In this document: positions 10,542-21,368 of the stretch, one piece after another
How the letters are laid out: each line of letters starts with the position of its first letter
Numbering within the stretch: the first letter of the stretch is position 1
Origin: a candidate division FCPU426 bacterium
GTDB lineage: Bacteria > Oederibacteriota > PGYV01 > Palsa-1178
NCBI GenBank assembly: GCA_963840035.1
Contig: CAWIXE010000002.1
Coordinates: 128,001 to 192,000, forward strand
Reading direction: 5' to 3'
DNA: 64,000 bases
Translations under genes and position numbers: made by a program
The notes under the pieces: model-generated
The model's input: the letters and a program-made list of their open reading frames with translations, nothing else
What the model was told of the DNA's origin: nothing
Databases searched by the model: none

Positions 10542-12065
10542 ATGAAAAACGAAAAGATCCTGATATTTGACACGACGCTCCGTGACGGCGAACAGGTTCC
10601 GGGCGCGTCGCTAACAAAGGCAGAAAAACTTGAGATAGCGCTGCAGTTAGAGCGCCTCAATGTTGACATAATAGAGGCGGGATTTCCCTTTTCCTCGCCG
10701 GGCGACCTTATATCCGTAAAAGAGATAAGCAAAGTTGTGAGGAAACCCATAATCGCGGGTTTGTGCCGTTCCGTGAAAAAAGACATTGACGCTTGCGCGG
10801 AAGCGATAAAACCCGCCAAGAGGGGAAGGATACACACATTTATTGGCACGTCCCCGCAGCACGTGAAGTTCATAACAAGGTCGACAAATGAAGAAATTTT
10901 AAAGCGCGCAATAGACGGCGTTAAATACGCGCGTACTTTTTGCGACGATGTGGAGTTCTCGGCTATGGACGCGACCCGCACAAGTTTTGATTACCTCTGC
11001 CAGATAGTAGAAGAGGTAATAAAAGCCGGCGCGACAACAGTCGACATTCCTGATTCGGTAGGTTATACGACCCCGGAAGAATTCGGGGCCATGATAAAGA
11101 AACTGATGAATACCGTCCCGAATATTAACAAAGCTGTCATAGCGGTCCACTGCCATAACGACCTTGGAATGGCGACCGCAAACTCACTGGCCGCTGTTGT
11201 AAACGGCGCGAGACAGGTTGAGTGCACCATTAACGGCCTCGGAGAGAGGGCGGGCAACGCGGCACTTGAGGAAGTTGTTATGGCATTAAAGACCCGCGAG
11301 GACATTTACGGTTTTACGACAGGCATCAAAACAGAGGAAATATACAAGACTTCAAAGATGGTCTCGCGCTTAACCGGAATGCCGGTACAGCCGAATAAGT
11401 CCGTGGTCGGGGCAAACGCCTTCGCGCACGCTTCAGGCATACACCAGGACGCCATACTGAAAAATGAAACGACCTTCGGCATTATGACGCCGAAGTCCAT
11501 AGGCATACCCGGACATGAATTGATCTTAACTTCGCGCTCCGGCAGGCACGCCATAATGCACAGGCTTGCTGATTTAGGCTTTAAGGTAAGCGAGACAGAG
11601 ATGGCAAGCGAGATATACCCGAAGTTCCTCCAGATAGCGGACAAGAAAAAGGAAGTCTTTGACGAGGATTTGACAGCCATGATGGAAGGCCAGGGCAAAA
11701 AAGGCAACGAAACCTTTGTGCTCGAGTCAATTTACTCGGCTACAGGTACTAACATAATCCCGACATCGACAGTGGAGATAAGCAAAGCCGGAAAAAAATC
11801 AGTGGCGGCTTCCACCGGAGACGGCCCTGTGGACGCGACATATAAGGCCATTAACGAGATAGTAAAGGCAGACTTAAAGATTGTTGATTACCAGATAAAG
11901 TCGGTCACAAAAGGCGAGGAAGCCCAGGGCGAAGTAACGATACGCGCTAAAAAAGGCGACAGGGAAGTAACCGCCCGCGGCATCTCAACGGACATAATAG
12001 AGGCCAGCGCGAAGGCATACCTTAATGCGCTTAGTAAATTCGAGAATTATAAAAGCAAAAAATGA
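10542..12065 (+). CDS. leuA: 2-isopropylmalate synthase
   Basis: DTTLRDGEQ, HCHNDLG, GERAGNA, HASGIHQD, C-terminal regulatory domain with GDGPVDA. Confidence 0.96.
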   Translation: MKNEKILIFDTTLRDGEQVPGASLTKAEKLEIALQLERLNVDIIEAGFPFSSPGDLISVKEISKVVRKPIIAGLCRSVKKDIDACAEAIKPAKRGRIHTFIGTSPQHVKFITRSTNEEILKRAIDGVKYARTFCDDVEFSAMDATRTSFDYLCQIVEEVIKAGATTVDIPDSVGYTTPEEFGAMIKKLMNTVPNINKAVIAVHCHNDLGMATANSLAAVVNGARQVECTINGLGERAGNAALEEVVMALKTREDIYGFTTGIKTEEIYKTSKMVSRLTGMPVQPNKSVVGANAFAHASGIHQDAILKNETTFGIMTPKSIGIPGHELILTSRSGRHAIMHRLADLGFKVSETEMASEIYPKFLQIADKKKEVFDEDLTAMMEGQGKKGNETFVLESIYSATGTNIIPTSTVEISKAGKKSVAASTGDGPVDATYKAINEIVKADLKIVDYQIKSVTKGEEAQGEVTIRAKKGDREVTARGISTDIIEASAKAYLNALSKFENYKSKK

Positions 12066-12080
12066 CGTTTGAGGGATAGC

Positions 12081-12223
12081 GAGACAAGAGACTGGAGACA
12101 AGAGTACTTAACTGAGTAAGAACTAGACAAGAGACTGGAGACAAGAGTAAGAATAAAGGCAAGGTGAGGTTTTGTGGGATTTGGGTTGTTTTTTTTACTC
12201 CAGTCTCCTATCTCTTGTCTCTT
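12081..12223. repeat. Inverted 7-mer tandem arrays (GAGACWR / YWGTCTC)
   Basis: gagacaa-gagactg-gagacaa (twice) ... cagtctc-ctatctc-ttgtctc; same family at 16538-16928. Confidence 0.8.
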
Positions 12224-12262
12224 AAACTCTACGCGGTCTAACTAACTTCTGGAGGTTTTATC

Positions 12263-13528
12263 ATGGCAATGAACATAGCAGAAAAGATCCTGGCTTTCAA
12301 GTCAGGCAAAAAACACGTAGAACCCGGCGAGCTTATTATCGCCGATATCGACCTTGTGTTGGCAAACGATATTACCGCCCCTATCGCCATTAAGGAATTC
12401 AAGGCGTCCGGCGCCACAAAGGTTTGGGATAGGACCAAGATAGCGCTTGTGCCCGACCATTTTACGCCGAACAAGGATATCAAATCCGCTGAGCAGGCAA
12501 AGATGCTGCGCGAATTCGCTCATGAGCAGAAGCTCACGCATTACTATGACCAGGGCGAAGTCGGCATAGAGCACGCGCTGCTTCCTGAAAAGGGAGTTGT
12601 CGTGCCCGGAGACCTCGTAATCGGCGCGGACTCGCATACCTGCACATACGGCGCTTTGGGCGCTTTTGCAACGGGCGTGGGTTCCACTGACGCCGCATTC
12701 GGCATGATGACAGGCAAGGCGTGGTTCAAAATACCCGAATCAATCAAGTTTATATATAAAGGAAAGCTTAATAAATGGGTGGGAGCGAAGGACCTGATAC
12801 TTCATACCATCGGCGACATCGGAGTTGACGGCGCGCTGTATAAAGCAATGGAATTCACAGGGCCGGTAATAGACAGGATGTCAATGGACGGAAGGCTTAC
12901 CATGTCAAACATGGCAATTGAAGCCGGCGGAAAAGCAGGGCTTATGAACCCGGATGAAATAACCATGGAGTATGTAAAAGCGCGCGCCGAGCATAAGTGG
13001 AAGATATTTACCTCTGATAAGGACGCCAAATATGAGAAAGTCATTGAGTACGATTGCGCGAAGATTGAACCCATAGTTTCGTGCCCGAGCCTGCCTGAGA
13101 ACACAAAGGCGGTTTCCAAGCTCGGCAAAGTCATGATAGACCAGTCAGTCATCGGTTCATGCACAAACGGCAGGATGGATGATTTAAGGATTACGGCAAA
13201 GATATTCAAAGGCAGGAAGATAAATTCCCGCGTGCGCTGCCTGATATTCCCTGGAACCAGGGACATATACGTGCAGGCCATGAAAGAGGGGCTGGTTGAC
13301 ATATTCATGAAAGCAGGCGCGGTATTTTCAATGCCCACCTGCGGCCCGTGCCTGGGCGGACACATGGGAATCCTGGCAAAAGGCGAAGTGGCCGTGTCCA
13401 CGACAAACAGGAATTTTGTCGGCAGGATGGGACATACCGAAAGCTCGGTATACCTCTCGAGCCCGGCAGTAGCCGCGGCAAGCGCGGTACTGGGGTATAT
13501 AGGAACGCCGGAAGGTTTGAAGAAATAG
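12263..13528 (+). CDS. leuC: 3-isopropylmalate dehydratase large subunit
   Basis: [31 protein letters not shown]. Confidence 0.96.
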   Translation: MAMNIAEKILAFKSGKKHVEPGELIIADIDLVLANDITAPIAIKEFKASGATKVWDRTKIALVPDHFTPNKDIKSAEQAKMLREFAHEQKLTHYYDQGEVGIEHALLPEKGVVVPGDLVIGADSHTCTYGALGAFATGVGSTDAAFGMMTGKAWFKIPESIKFIYKGKLNKWVGAKDLILHTIGDIGVDGALYKAMEFTGPVIDRMSMDGRLTMSNMAIEAGGKAGLMNPDEITMEYVKARAEHKWKIFTSDKDAKYEKVIEYDCAKIEPIVSCPSLPENTKAVSKLGKVMIDQSVIGSCTNGRMDDLRITAKIFKGRKINSRVRCLIFPGTRDIYVQAMKEGLVDIFMKAGAVFSMPTCGPCLGGHMGILAKGEVAVSTTNRNFVGRMGHTESSVYLSSPAVAAASAVLGYIGTPEGLKK

Positions 13529-13613
13529 CCCAGAGCCCATAGCCCAAGTGAGGGCTGAAGGCGGGGTTGTTTTTGATCTTAAAACTTGAGCTTTGAGCTT
13601 TGGGCTCTGAGCT
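13527..13613. repeat. Inverted 7-mer tandem arrays (AGCCCAD / TTTGRGC)
   Basis: agcccag-agcccat-agcccaa ... cttgagc-tttgagc-tttgggc-tctgagc; left-arm-only copies near 9228, 18265 and 59508. Confidence 0.8.
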
Positions 13614-13631
13614 AAATACGGAGGTTTTCTT

Positions 13632-14129
13632 ATGAAGTTCACAGGCAAAGTTTGGCGGTTCGGAAACGACATAGACACTGACCTTATCATACCGGCGAGG
13701 TACTTAAACTCATCCGACCCTGCGGAGCTGGCAAAGCACTGCATGGAAGACGCGGATAAGACCTGGGCGGGAAAAGTGGGCAAAGGCGATATCATAGTCG
13801 CGGGAAAGAATTTCGGATGCGGTTCCTCGCGCGAGCACGCGCCGGTGGCCATTAAAGCCGCAGGGGTATCATGCGTTATCGCGAAGGATTTCGCCAGGAT
13901 ATTTTACAGGAATTCATTCAACATCGGGCTGCCGATATTTGAGTCTGAGGAAGCTTCCCTTAAGATAAAGGAAGGCGACACCGTGGAAATAGACGCTGAC
14001 AAAGGCGTGATAAAGAACATAACCAAAAACGAGACTTATAAAGTAAAGCCAATCCCGCCGTTTATGCAGGAGCTCGTGGAAGCGGGCGGGCTGATCGCGT
14101 ACGGGAAGACTAAGTTTAAAATAAAATAG
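13632..14129 (+). CDS. leuD: 3-isopropylmalate dehydratase small subunit
   Basis: [32 protein letters not shown]. Confidence 0.96.
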   Translation: MKFTGKVWRFGNDIDTDLIIPARYLNSSDPAELAKHCMEDADKTWAGKVGKGDIIVAGKNFGCGSSREHAPVAIKAAGVSCVIAKDFARIFYRNSFNIGLPIFESEEASLKIKEGDTVEIDADKGVIKNITKNETYKVKPIPPFMQELVEAGGLIAYGKTKFKIK

Positions 14130-14133
14130 TACC

Positions 14134-14294
14134 AGCCCAAAGCTCAAAGCCGAGAAAAACCACTTGAGTTTTGGGCTCTGGGCTTTGGGATTGCAGTATA
14201 ACTTTCGTTCTGGGCTTTGGGGTTGCAGTATAACTTTCGTTCTGGGCTTTGGGATTGTCGTATAACTTTCGCTCTGGGCTTTGGGCTCTGGGCT
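14134..14294. repeat. Inverted AGCCCAA-type 7-mer arrays with an internal 3 x 32-bp tandem duplication
   Basis: tctgggctttgggattgcagtataactttcgt repeated at 14177, 14209 and 14241. Confidence 0.85.
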
Positions 14295-14314
14295 AACACA
14301 CTGGAGGTTTTATT

Positions 14315-15382
14315 ATGGGAAAGACCTACAACATCGCGGTAATGGGCGGGGACGGAACAGGCCCGGAAGTAGTGGCGGAAGGCATTAAAGTTTTAAAAGT
14401 CGCGGCTGCAAAGCATAATGTCGGGCTGCATTTTGTGGATTATGACCTCGGAGGCGAGAGGTACATGAAGACCGGGGAAATGGTGCCGGATTCGGTTCTG
14501 GAGGAATTCAAAAAAGCCGACTCCATCTATCTCGGGGCCATAGGCCATCCGGACGTAAAACCGGGCATCCTGGAGCTGGGCATTCTTTTAAAGATCCGTT
14601 TTGCCCTGGACCAGTACATCAATTTAAGGCCGGTAAAACTTTATCCTAACGTGGAAACCCCGCTTAAGGACAAAGGGCCGGAACACATAGAGTTTGTGGT
14701 AATCAGGGAAAATTCAGGCGGCATATACACGGGCATGGGCGGAGTGGTAAAAAAAGGCACGCCGAACGAAATCGCCACCCAGACCATGGTATATTCGCGC
14801 TTTGAAGTGGACAGGTGCATAAAGTACGCTTATGAACTTACGCGCAAAAGGAATAAAAAGAATATGTTAACGCTCGTGCATAAATGCAACGTATTAACGC
14901 ACACCGGAGACCTCTGGGTCAGGGCGCATAAGGAAATGGGAGACAAACACTTCCCGGACATAAAACAGGATTACGCGCACGTGGACGCCACGACAATGTG
15001 GTTTGTGAAGAACCCGGAATTCTTTGACGTTATCGTCACAGAGAACCTCTTCGGCGATATCATCACCGATTTGGGCGCCATGATACAGGGCGGCATGGGA
15101 ATAGCGGCCGGAGGAAACATCAACCCGGAAGGCGTATCCATGTTCGAACCCATCGGCGGCTCGGCCCCGAAGTACACAGGCAAAAACGTCATTAACCCGC
15201 TCGCAGCAATCAACGCCGCGGCCATGATGATGGATACTATGGGCGAGGACAAACTTGCAAAGTCCATAGATAACGCAGTAACAGCAGCGCTGTCTACCGG
15301 AAAGATACCATCCATGTCGGCAGGCAAGATGGGAATGGGGACGAGGGAACTTGGGGATTTTGTGGCGGGGTTTGTAAAGTAA
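14315..15382 (+). CDS. leuB: 3-isopropylmalate dehydrogenase
   Basis: GDGTGPEV, NLRPVKL, NLFGDIITDLGA, FEPIGGSAP; operon context. Confidence 0.93.
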   Translation: MGKTYNIAVMGGDGTGPEVVAEGIKVLKVAAAKHNVGLHFVDYDLGGERYMKTGEMVPDSVLEEFKKADSIYLGAIGHPDVKPGILELGILLKIRFALDQYINLRPVKLYPNVETPLKDKGPEHIEFVVIRENSGGIYTGMGGVVKKGTPNEIATQTMVYSRFEVDRCIKYAYELTRKRNKKNMLTLVHKCNVLTHTGDLWVRAHKEMGDKHFPDIKQDYAHVDATTMWFVKNPEFFDVIVTENLFGDIITDLGAMIQGGMGIAAGGNINPEGVSMFEPIGGSAPKYTGKNVINPLAAINAAAMMMDTMGEDKLAKSIDNAVTAALSTGKIPSMSAGKMGMGTRELGDFVAGFVK

Positions 15383-15392
15383 TATGTAATTA

Positions 15393-15455
15393 AGATAGTA
15401 GATTTTAGATTGCGGATTAATAGTCTATTAATCAACAATCTACTATCAACAATCT
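15393..15455. repeat. Inverted 7-mer tandem arrays (AGATWnn / ACAATCT)
   Basis: agatagt-agatttt-agattgc-ggattaa ... ttaatca-acaatct-actatca-acaatct. Confidence 0.7.
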
Positions 15456-15503
15456 TCAATAATATGGAACACACTATATGAAGAAAGGGTAAGGTAAACA
15501 AAC

Positions 15504-16523
15504 ATGAGCAAGGAATACAACGTAGCGATTATGGGCGCGACGGGCGCCGTGGGAAAGGAACTGCTTTCGATAGTCGAGGAGCGGAAGTTTCCGATAAAGA
15601 ACCTGAAACTCCTGGCTTCCGAGAGGTCAGTGGGTAAAAAGATGAAGTACCAGGGCAGGAACCTGACTGTCGAGCTCCTGGACTCAAATTCGTTTAAAGG
15701 CGTGGACATAGTCCTGGCGTCAGCCGGAGCTTCCTTATCCAAGCAGTACCTTAAGGATATGGCCGACGCAAAAGCGCTGTGCATAGACAATACGTCCGCT
15801 TTCAGGATGGAAAAGGACGTTCCGCTCGTTGTCCCGGAGATAAACCCCGAGGACTGCCGCTGGAACACGGGCGTGATAGCCAACCCGAACTGCACGACCA
15901 TCATAGCCATAGTGCCGTTAAAACCCATACATGACGCCGCGAAGATTAAGAGGATGGTGATTTCCTCATACCAGGCTTCTTCAGGCGCGGGCGACAAGGC
16001 CATGTTTGAAGTACAGCAGCAGGCAAAGGACTGGGCAGCGGGCAAGCAGTTAAAGGTCGAAAAATTCGCGTACCAGCTCCTGTGGAACGTGATACCGCAT
16101 ATTGACGCCTTTACGGATAACGGTTATACAAAAGAAGAACTCAAGGTATTAAACGAGACCAGAAAAATTATGCACGAGCCTGAGATGATGATATCTTGCA
16201 CGTGCGTCAGGGTGCCGGTATTACGCGCGCATTCAGAGTCCATAATGATAGAGACCGAGAAAAAATTATCGGTTAAAGAGATCCAGGACCTGATGAAGAA
16301 TGCCCCCGGAGTGACGCTTGAGGACGATCCGGCAAACAAGAAATACCCCATGCCGCTTTTTGTCTCAGGCAAGGATAACGTCTCCGTAGGCCGCATAAGG
16401 GAGGACATCTCCTGCTCAGGAAACGGATATAACCTGTGGGTGGTAGGAGACCAGATAAGAAAAGGCGCCGCTTTAAATGCCGTGCAGATAGCCGAGATTG
16501 TTGCAAAAGAAGGATTGAAGTAA
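15504..16523 (+). CDS. asd: Aspartate-semialdehyde dehydrogenase
   Basis: GATGAVG, IANPNCTT, CVRVPVLRAHS, DQIRKGAALNAVQIAE. Confidence 0.98.
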   Translation: MSKEYNVAIMGATGAVGKELLSIVEERKFPIKNLKLLASERSVGKKMKYQGRNLTVELLDSNSFKGVDIVLASAGASLSKQYLKDMADAKALCIDNTSAFRMEKDVPLVVPEINPEDCRWNTGVIANPNCTTIIAIVPLKPIHDAAKIKRMVISSYQASSGAGDKAMFEVQQQAKDWAAGKQLKVEKFAYQLLWNVIPHIDAFTDNGYTKEELKVLNETRKIMHEPEMMISCTCVRVPVLRAHSESIMIETEKKLSVKEIQDLMKNAPGVTLEDDPANKKYPMPLFVSGKDNVSVGRIREDISCSGNGYNLWVVGDQIRKGAALNAVQIAEIVAKEGLK

Positions 16524-16592
16524 ACGTTTGATGTAGAGAGACAAGAGACTGGAGACTGGAGTAAGTCGACAGTCTTAAGTCTGGAAAATACG

Positions 16593-16620
16593 GGCCGGAG
16601 AGAAATCTCCGGCCTTTTTT
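16593..16620 (+). terminator. Intrinsic terminator of the ilv-leu-asd cluster
   Basis: ggccggaga-gaaa-tctccggcc followed by tttttt. Confidence 0.9.
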
Positions 16621-16648
16621 ATTTGTATTGTCAATATTTACAAACCCT

Positions 16649-16784
16649 GTAGGGGAGGACCTGTGTGTCCGCCAGTAAGGTTGGGTTCCGTTTTTTATCC
16701 CTCTCCCCCCGGGAGAGGGTAGGGTGAGGGGACATTAAAGGCAAGGTTCACCTCACCCCAGCCCCTCTCCTAAGAGGAGAGGGG
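16649..16784. repeat. GTAG REP plus CCCTCTCCC-type palindrome doublet
   Basis: gtaggggaggacctgtgtgtccgcc; ccctctccccccgggagagggtagggtgagggg ... cctcaccccagcccctctcctaagaggagagggg. Confidence 0.75.
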
Positions 16785-16965
16785 AGGAAATAACTGCCGT
16801 TCGGGCTAATACAATCTATTTCTTAAAGACAAACCGTCTTACTTGTAGTATAATGTCCTTCGCTTCAGATTTTACCGGTTTTGCTGTTTAAGGGACCCTA
16901 AACTCTTGTCTCCAGTCTCTTGTCTCTTAAACTCATGCCAGGTATATATAACGGGGAGGTTTACT

Positions 16966-18258
16966 ATGATTAAACGCTACACACTCGAAAAAATGGGCGC
17001 GCTATGGACGGAAGAAGCTAAGTTTCAGTCATGGCTTGACGTGGAAGTGGCTGTATGCGAGGCATGGGCTAAAAAGGGCAAGATACCAAAGAAAGACATG
17101 GCAGTCATAAAGAAAAAAGCCGGTTTCAACATAGATGAAATAGATAAAATAGAACTCAGGACACGCCATGACCTTATCGCTTTTACTGAATCCGTAGCCA
17201 ACCATGTAGGGCCTGCCTCAAGGTATATCCATATGGGAATTACTTCATCTGATGTTGTGGATACCGGGTTTGCTTTAAGGCTGGTAAAGGGATGCGATAT
17301 TGTTTTAGCGGATATGAAAATACTGGTAGCCACCCTCAAAAAACTCGCGACAAAACACAAATACACCGTCCAGATAGGCCGCACACATAATGTGCACGCC
17401 GAACCCATAACATTCGGGCTTAAGGTGCTTGTATGGCATTTTGAAATGAAGAGAAGCATTGAACGGTTAAAAGCGGCGAAAGAGGATATCAGGGTAGGAA
17501 AGCTTTCAGGCGCGGTCGGCAACTACGCGAACATACCGCCGGATGTTGAGAAGATAGCCATGACAAAACTTGGCCTGAAAAGGGCTGAGATTGCCAACCA
17601 GGTAATACAGAGGGACAGATACGCGTATTTAATGACAGTAATGGCTGTTGCCGCAGGCTCGATTGAAAAAATTGCCACCGAGATCAGGAACCTGCAGCAT
17701 ACAGAGATACTTGAAGTTGAAGAACCCTTCGCAAAGGGCCAGAAAGGCTCCTCTGCCATGCCGCATAAGAGGAACCCGGTGGTCTGCGAGCAGATAACAG
17801 GTTTGGCCAGGGTTATAAGGTCAAATTCCATATCATCGCTCGAAAATATAGCCCTATGGCATGAGAGGGACATATCCCACTCTTCAGTGGAGAGGATTAC
17901 GGTACCTGACACATTCATTCTCCTTCATTATATAATCAACAAGATGAACTGGGTTATGGACGGACTGCAGGTATACCCGTCAAACATGAAGCGCAACCTG
18001 CATTACCTGAAGGGCGCTATATTCTCCCAGAGGCTCCTGCTTGCGCTTGTCCAGAAGGGCCTGACAAGGGAAAAGTCGTATGAAATAGTGCAGGACAACG
18101 CCATGAGGGTATGGAGAGGCGAATCCCCGGACTTCATAACGTCGCTGCTCGCTGACCCGGATGTTAAAAAGAACTTTGAAGCCAAGGAACTCGACGGCAT
18201 ATTTGACGTGAATTACTACCTGAAATACGTGGATGAGTTCTTCCGCAGGGCAAAATAA
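16966..18258 (+). CDS. purB: Adenylosuccinate lyase
   Basis: GGAGG RBS before ATG 16966 (MIKRY); GRTH, GSSAMPHKRNP, WHERDISHSS. Confidence 0.97.
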   Translation: MIKRYTLEKMGALWTEEAKFQSWLDVEVAVCEAWAKKGKIPKKDMAVIKKKAGFNIDEIDKIELRTRHDLIAFTESVANHVGPASRYIHMGITSSDVVDTGFALRLVKGCDIVLADMKILVATLKKLATKHKYTVQIGRTHNVHAEPITFGLKVLVWHFEMKRSIERLKAAKEDIRVGKLSGAVGNYANIPPDVEKIAMTKLGLKRAEIANQVIQRDRYAYLMTVMAVAAGSIEKIATEIRNLQHTEILEVEEPFAKGQKGSSAMPHKRNPVVCEQITGLARVIRSNSISSLENIALWHERDISHSSVERITVPDTFILLHYIINKMNWVMDGLQVYPSNMKRNLHYLKGAIFSQRLLLALVQKGLTREKSYEIVQDNAMRVWRGESPDFITSLLADPDVKKNFEAKELDGIFDVNYYLKYVDEFFRRAK

Positions 18259-18297
18259 GATACAAAGCCCAGAGCCCAAAGCTCAGGGAAACATTGG

Positions 18298-18322
18298 GGC
18301 GGGCGAAAGCCCGCCTTTTTTT
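18298..18322 (+). terminator. Intrinsic terminator after purB
   Basis: ggcgggc-gaaa-gcccgcc followed by ttttttt. Confidence 0.9.
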
Positions 18323-18355
18323 GTAGGATAATACATGTCGGTAATGGAGGAAATA

Positions 18356-19034
18356 ATGGGGCGTTCAATTTCACTGGTTGCCATAAAAGGGAATTCCATA
18401 GACGGGGTCAAAAAGATCATAGGGTTGAGGAAAACTGGGAAAAAGACTTCAATTGGGGACAATCCTTTATGTGGCAAACTTTTGAAAAATGGGTGGTATC
18501 TGATAGCCTGCAGATACATCTGAAAGCCCGGTGTCAAAAAACAGCCTCATGAGGAAAGTTTCAGTTAATGCAAATGTGCTTGCGTTTTCTATGGATGACC
18601 ATGTCATGAACAGTACTTGTAAAGCCTGGAAAAATGGTAAAAACATATGGGCTGTTGTACATAATGGTGACAAAGACGTATTAAACATAACTGAGCGCGG
18701 GGAACTCCCGGAATTTTATGAAAGTATGAAGAAAGGTTATATTAAAAGACAAAAAGGCGCTGAAGACGATGTTGACCTGTTTTTTGATATGCCGGCAGAT
18801 ATTATAAGGGAGGTCACAGGGTTTAACCTTAATGGAAAATCCGCAGGAACCGATTTTGAAATATTGGATGCTGATTTTAGGTTGAAAATGTCGAAGTCTT
18901 TATCAGGAATTATGGTCTGGCTCGAAATAGCCGGAGTCGTTGTGGGTTTCTTGCTAACAATTGTTCTGGCAGTTATATTTGTTCCAAAAATACTAAATGT
19001 AATAATGAAATTTATTGCGGGGATTTTTGCGTAA
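18356..19034 (+). pseudogene. Hypothetical protein with C-terminal TM helix, split by a frameshift at about 18505-18520
   Basis: GGAGG RBS before ATG 18356; first frame stops at 18523, second frame is open from 18507 with no RBS of its own. Confidence 0.6.
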
Positions 19035-19042
19035 TTAACTTT

Positions 19043-19107
19043 GTAGAGATGGGACCCGTGCCCATCTCAAGGCAGGAAAGCGAGAGGCCCACAGGTGGCT
19101 TCTCTAT
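19043..19107. repeat. REP doublet (GTAGAGATGGG type)
   Basis: gtagagatgggacccgtgcccatctc ... gagaggcccacaggtggcttctctat. Confidence 0.7.
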
Positions 19108-19123
19108 AGTGTATTTGATTCTC

Positions 19124-19353
19124 GTAGAGCCGCCGCTTGCTGCGGCTCAGGGTTGGCAGGTATATGGTTGGTATTTGTAGTCGCAGGCCTACGTTCCATC
19201 GGCCTGCGCCTAAATTAGGAATTGATGGACGCAAAAGACGGATGGTTCACACCGCTACGTTGCGCACCCCGGTGAGGCGTAGAGAGTGCGACTACCAATG
19301 TTGCGATGTTTGATCTGTTACGACGTCTGAGCCGCAGCAAGCAGCGGCTCTAC
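19124..19353. mobile_element. Nested REP-doublet element, empty complete form (230 bp)
   Basis: Outer inverted pair gtagagccgccgcttgctgcggctc / gagccgcagcaagcagcggctctac; inner pair gtagtcgcaggcc..ggcctgcg / cgcacccc..gagtgcgactac. Confidence 0.8.
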
Positions 19354-19374
19354 AAAAAACTATAAGGCGGATTA

Positions 19375-20389
19375 ATGAAAAAAACAGGAATATTTATCAT
19401 TATCTTATCCATGCTTGTCGCGCCTGCCATTGCCGAACCGGGCTGTGATGATTATTATTTCGGACTGGATGTGGAGCAGGATTATAGGCAGGCTTTTGAC
19501 TGCTATCAGGCCGCTTCGTATAAAAACTACCTTGCGCTGGCTTCAATGTACTTAAACGGCGAGGGTGTCGGGCAGGATTTTGAGAAGGCCAGGGATATGT
19601 GGAGGCAATACACACTGACCAACGGCGGGGAATACTACGAAAGCGACGTCATGAATAAGTTCATTAATGACACTAGAAATAAAAAACATCCAAAGCGCGT
19701 GGATTATAGCGATCTTTCACAAGGCACACTTGACAGCAACTACTGGGTAAATGTACAGGGTTTATTGAGGGAACAGCAGCTTAAAAAAATGGCCGGCAGG
19801 ATGGCTTTTGAACTATCACCCGGAATGAAAGGCGATTTTGATACTATTTGCAGGCAATATGAAATTATAAAGGATAATGACAGTGAAAGGGCGTATGAGC
19901 TGTTTGCCGACGGCTCTATCAGGGACCAGGTACAGACTTTAACGCAGGTTTTTATACTTAACAGGCATAAAGACAGGTTGCCTGCATCTGGACGGAAATA
20001 TCATGCCGCAGATAAAAACCGCGGAAGAATACGCAAATCTGGATAAAAAGCTTAATGAAGCTTATGATAAAGCGGTTGTTGTGGGAGATGATTGGGTTAA
20101 GGATATGTCGGCTTCAGATGTGAATAAAATGACAGCGGCAAACCTGAAGGAATTCAAGGAAGAATATTTCAGCGCCCTTAAAAAGTCCCAGAAAGCGTGG
20201 ATAAAATACAGGGACGCGTGGATAAGCCTGTATAAAAAGAAAAAACTTACCATATATAAGAACAATGACGAGGTATTATATTCTGTCGGCGGCTGGTTGA
20301 CAGCCGAGAGGACCGAAGAGCTGGATTTTGTATCGGGGTATTGCAAGGAAAAGGTTGAGTTAAAGCCGTTTTCAGAGGAGAATAAATAA
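19375..20389 (+). pseudogene. Secreted Sel1-repeat plus LprI/DUF1311-like protein, split by a frameshift
   Basis: Signal peptide; Sel1 motif LASMYLNGEGVGQDFEKA; second frame has LDKKLNEAY..LKKSQKAWIKYRDA..LTAERTEEL; frames overlap 19943-20046. Confidence 0.65.
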
Positions 20390-21156
20390 TGGCTTTTTGG
20401 AAAAGATCAGCGGTTGCTGCGGTCGTTTTGATGTTGCTTTCCGGATGCTGGCAAACCGGACCGGGGAAGAAAGCGGCTCATGAAGAGGGTAAATCCGGGA
20501 GCGCATCAGCGCAGGAAGCCGAAACCGGAATTCCCTCCAAAAACGCGCTGGATACCGCAGATCAGGTAGTAATTAAAGTCCTTGATAAGGATAAAAATGC
20601 CATATTCCAGTACACAGCTCCTGAGTCGGCCGGTATATACGAAAAATACCTTACAAAGAACGGAAAGTACGGTTATGTCCAATTTTCCGAGGCAGTGTCA
20701 GGGATGGCGTTTTTTGATGTTTACAATAATAAAACCATAGAATACAAGTATGATGAAAGCGGCGACGACCACAGCAGTTGGATAAGCTGCGCAATGAGTG
20801 AAACCGGGCTGGGCGAGGTCATAGAGAACCATGATCTTGAAAACAAGCTCATAAAAACAACGGTATATTCCATATCATTCACAGATCCGGCATATAAACA
20901 TGTAAATAAAACCATAGAGATACCCAAAAAAGTCCTGTATTACAACCCGGAAATCGAAGGAAGCGATTATCAGGACATGATGTTCAGCATCAAGTACCTA
21001 AATGAGGTGCCGGGCCTGAAAGACCTGAATATAATAAAACGGAAAATGGGTGAATATATAGTATATATGATAGCCTTCGGGGATAAATCTGTTAAAATAG
21101 ACAAGGTGCTTCAGGACGAGGATTTAAAGGACAGGATACTGAAGTTCTGCAGGTAA
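20389..21156 (+). CDS. Hypothetical lipoprotein
   Basis: GGAG RBS; LLSG-C lipobox; start overlaps the upstream stop. Confidence 0.8.
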   Translation: MAFWKRSAVAAVVLMLLSGCWQTGPGKKAAHEEGKSGSASAQEAETGIPSKNALDTADQVVIKVLDKDKNAIFQYTAPESAGIYEKYLTKNGKYGYVQFSEAVSGMAFFDVYNNKTIEYKYDESGDDHSSWISCAMSETGLGEVIENHDLENKLIKTTVYSISFTDPAYKHVNKTIEIPKKVLYYNPEIEGSDYQDMMFSIKYLNEVPGLKDLNIIKRKMGEYIVYMIAFGDKSVKIDKVLQDEDLKDRILKFCR

Positions 21157-21169
21157 AAAAAAGGTTCTG

Positions 21170-21353
21170 GTAGAGCCGCCGCTTGCTGCGGCTCAGGTTT
21201 GGTGTTTTGTAGTCGCAGGCCTACGCCCCACCGGCCTGCGCCTAGAGTAGGAATTGAAAGACGCAAACGACTGACAGTTCAAACCACCGCGTTGCGCACC
21301 CCGGTGGGTCGTAGAGGGTGCGACTACCAATGTTACAACGTTTGAGCCGCAGC
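21170..21353. mobile_element. Nested REP-doublet element, empty form, right outer REP truncated
   Basis: Colinear with 19124-19353; ends at gagccgcagc. Confidence 0.8.
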
Positions 21354-21368
21354 CATTAGACAGGGAGG

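Noticed and set aside
14177..14272. CRISPR array
   Set aside because: The 32-bp units are contiguous with no unique spacers, and there are no cas genes in the window.
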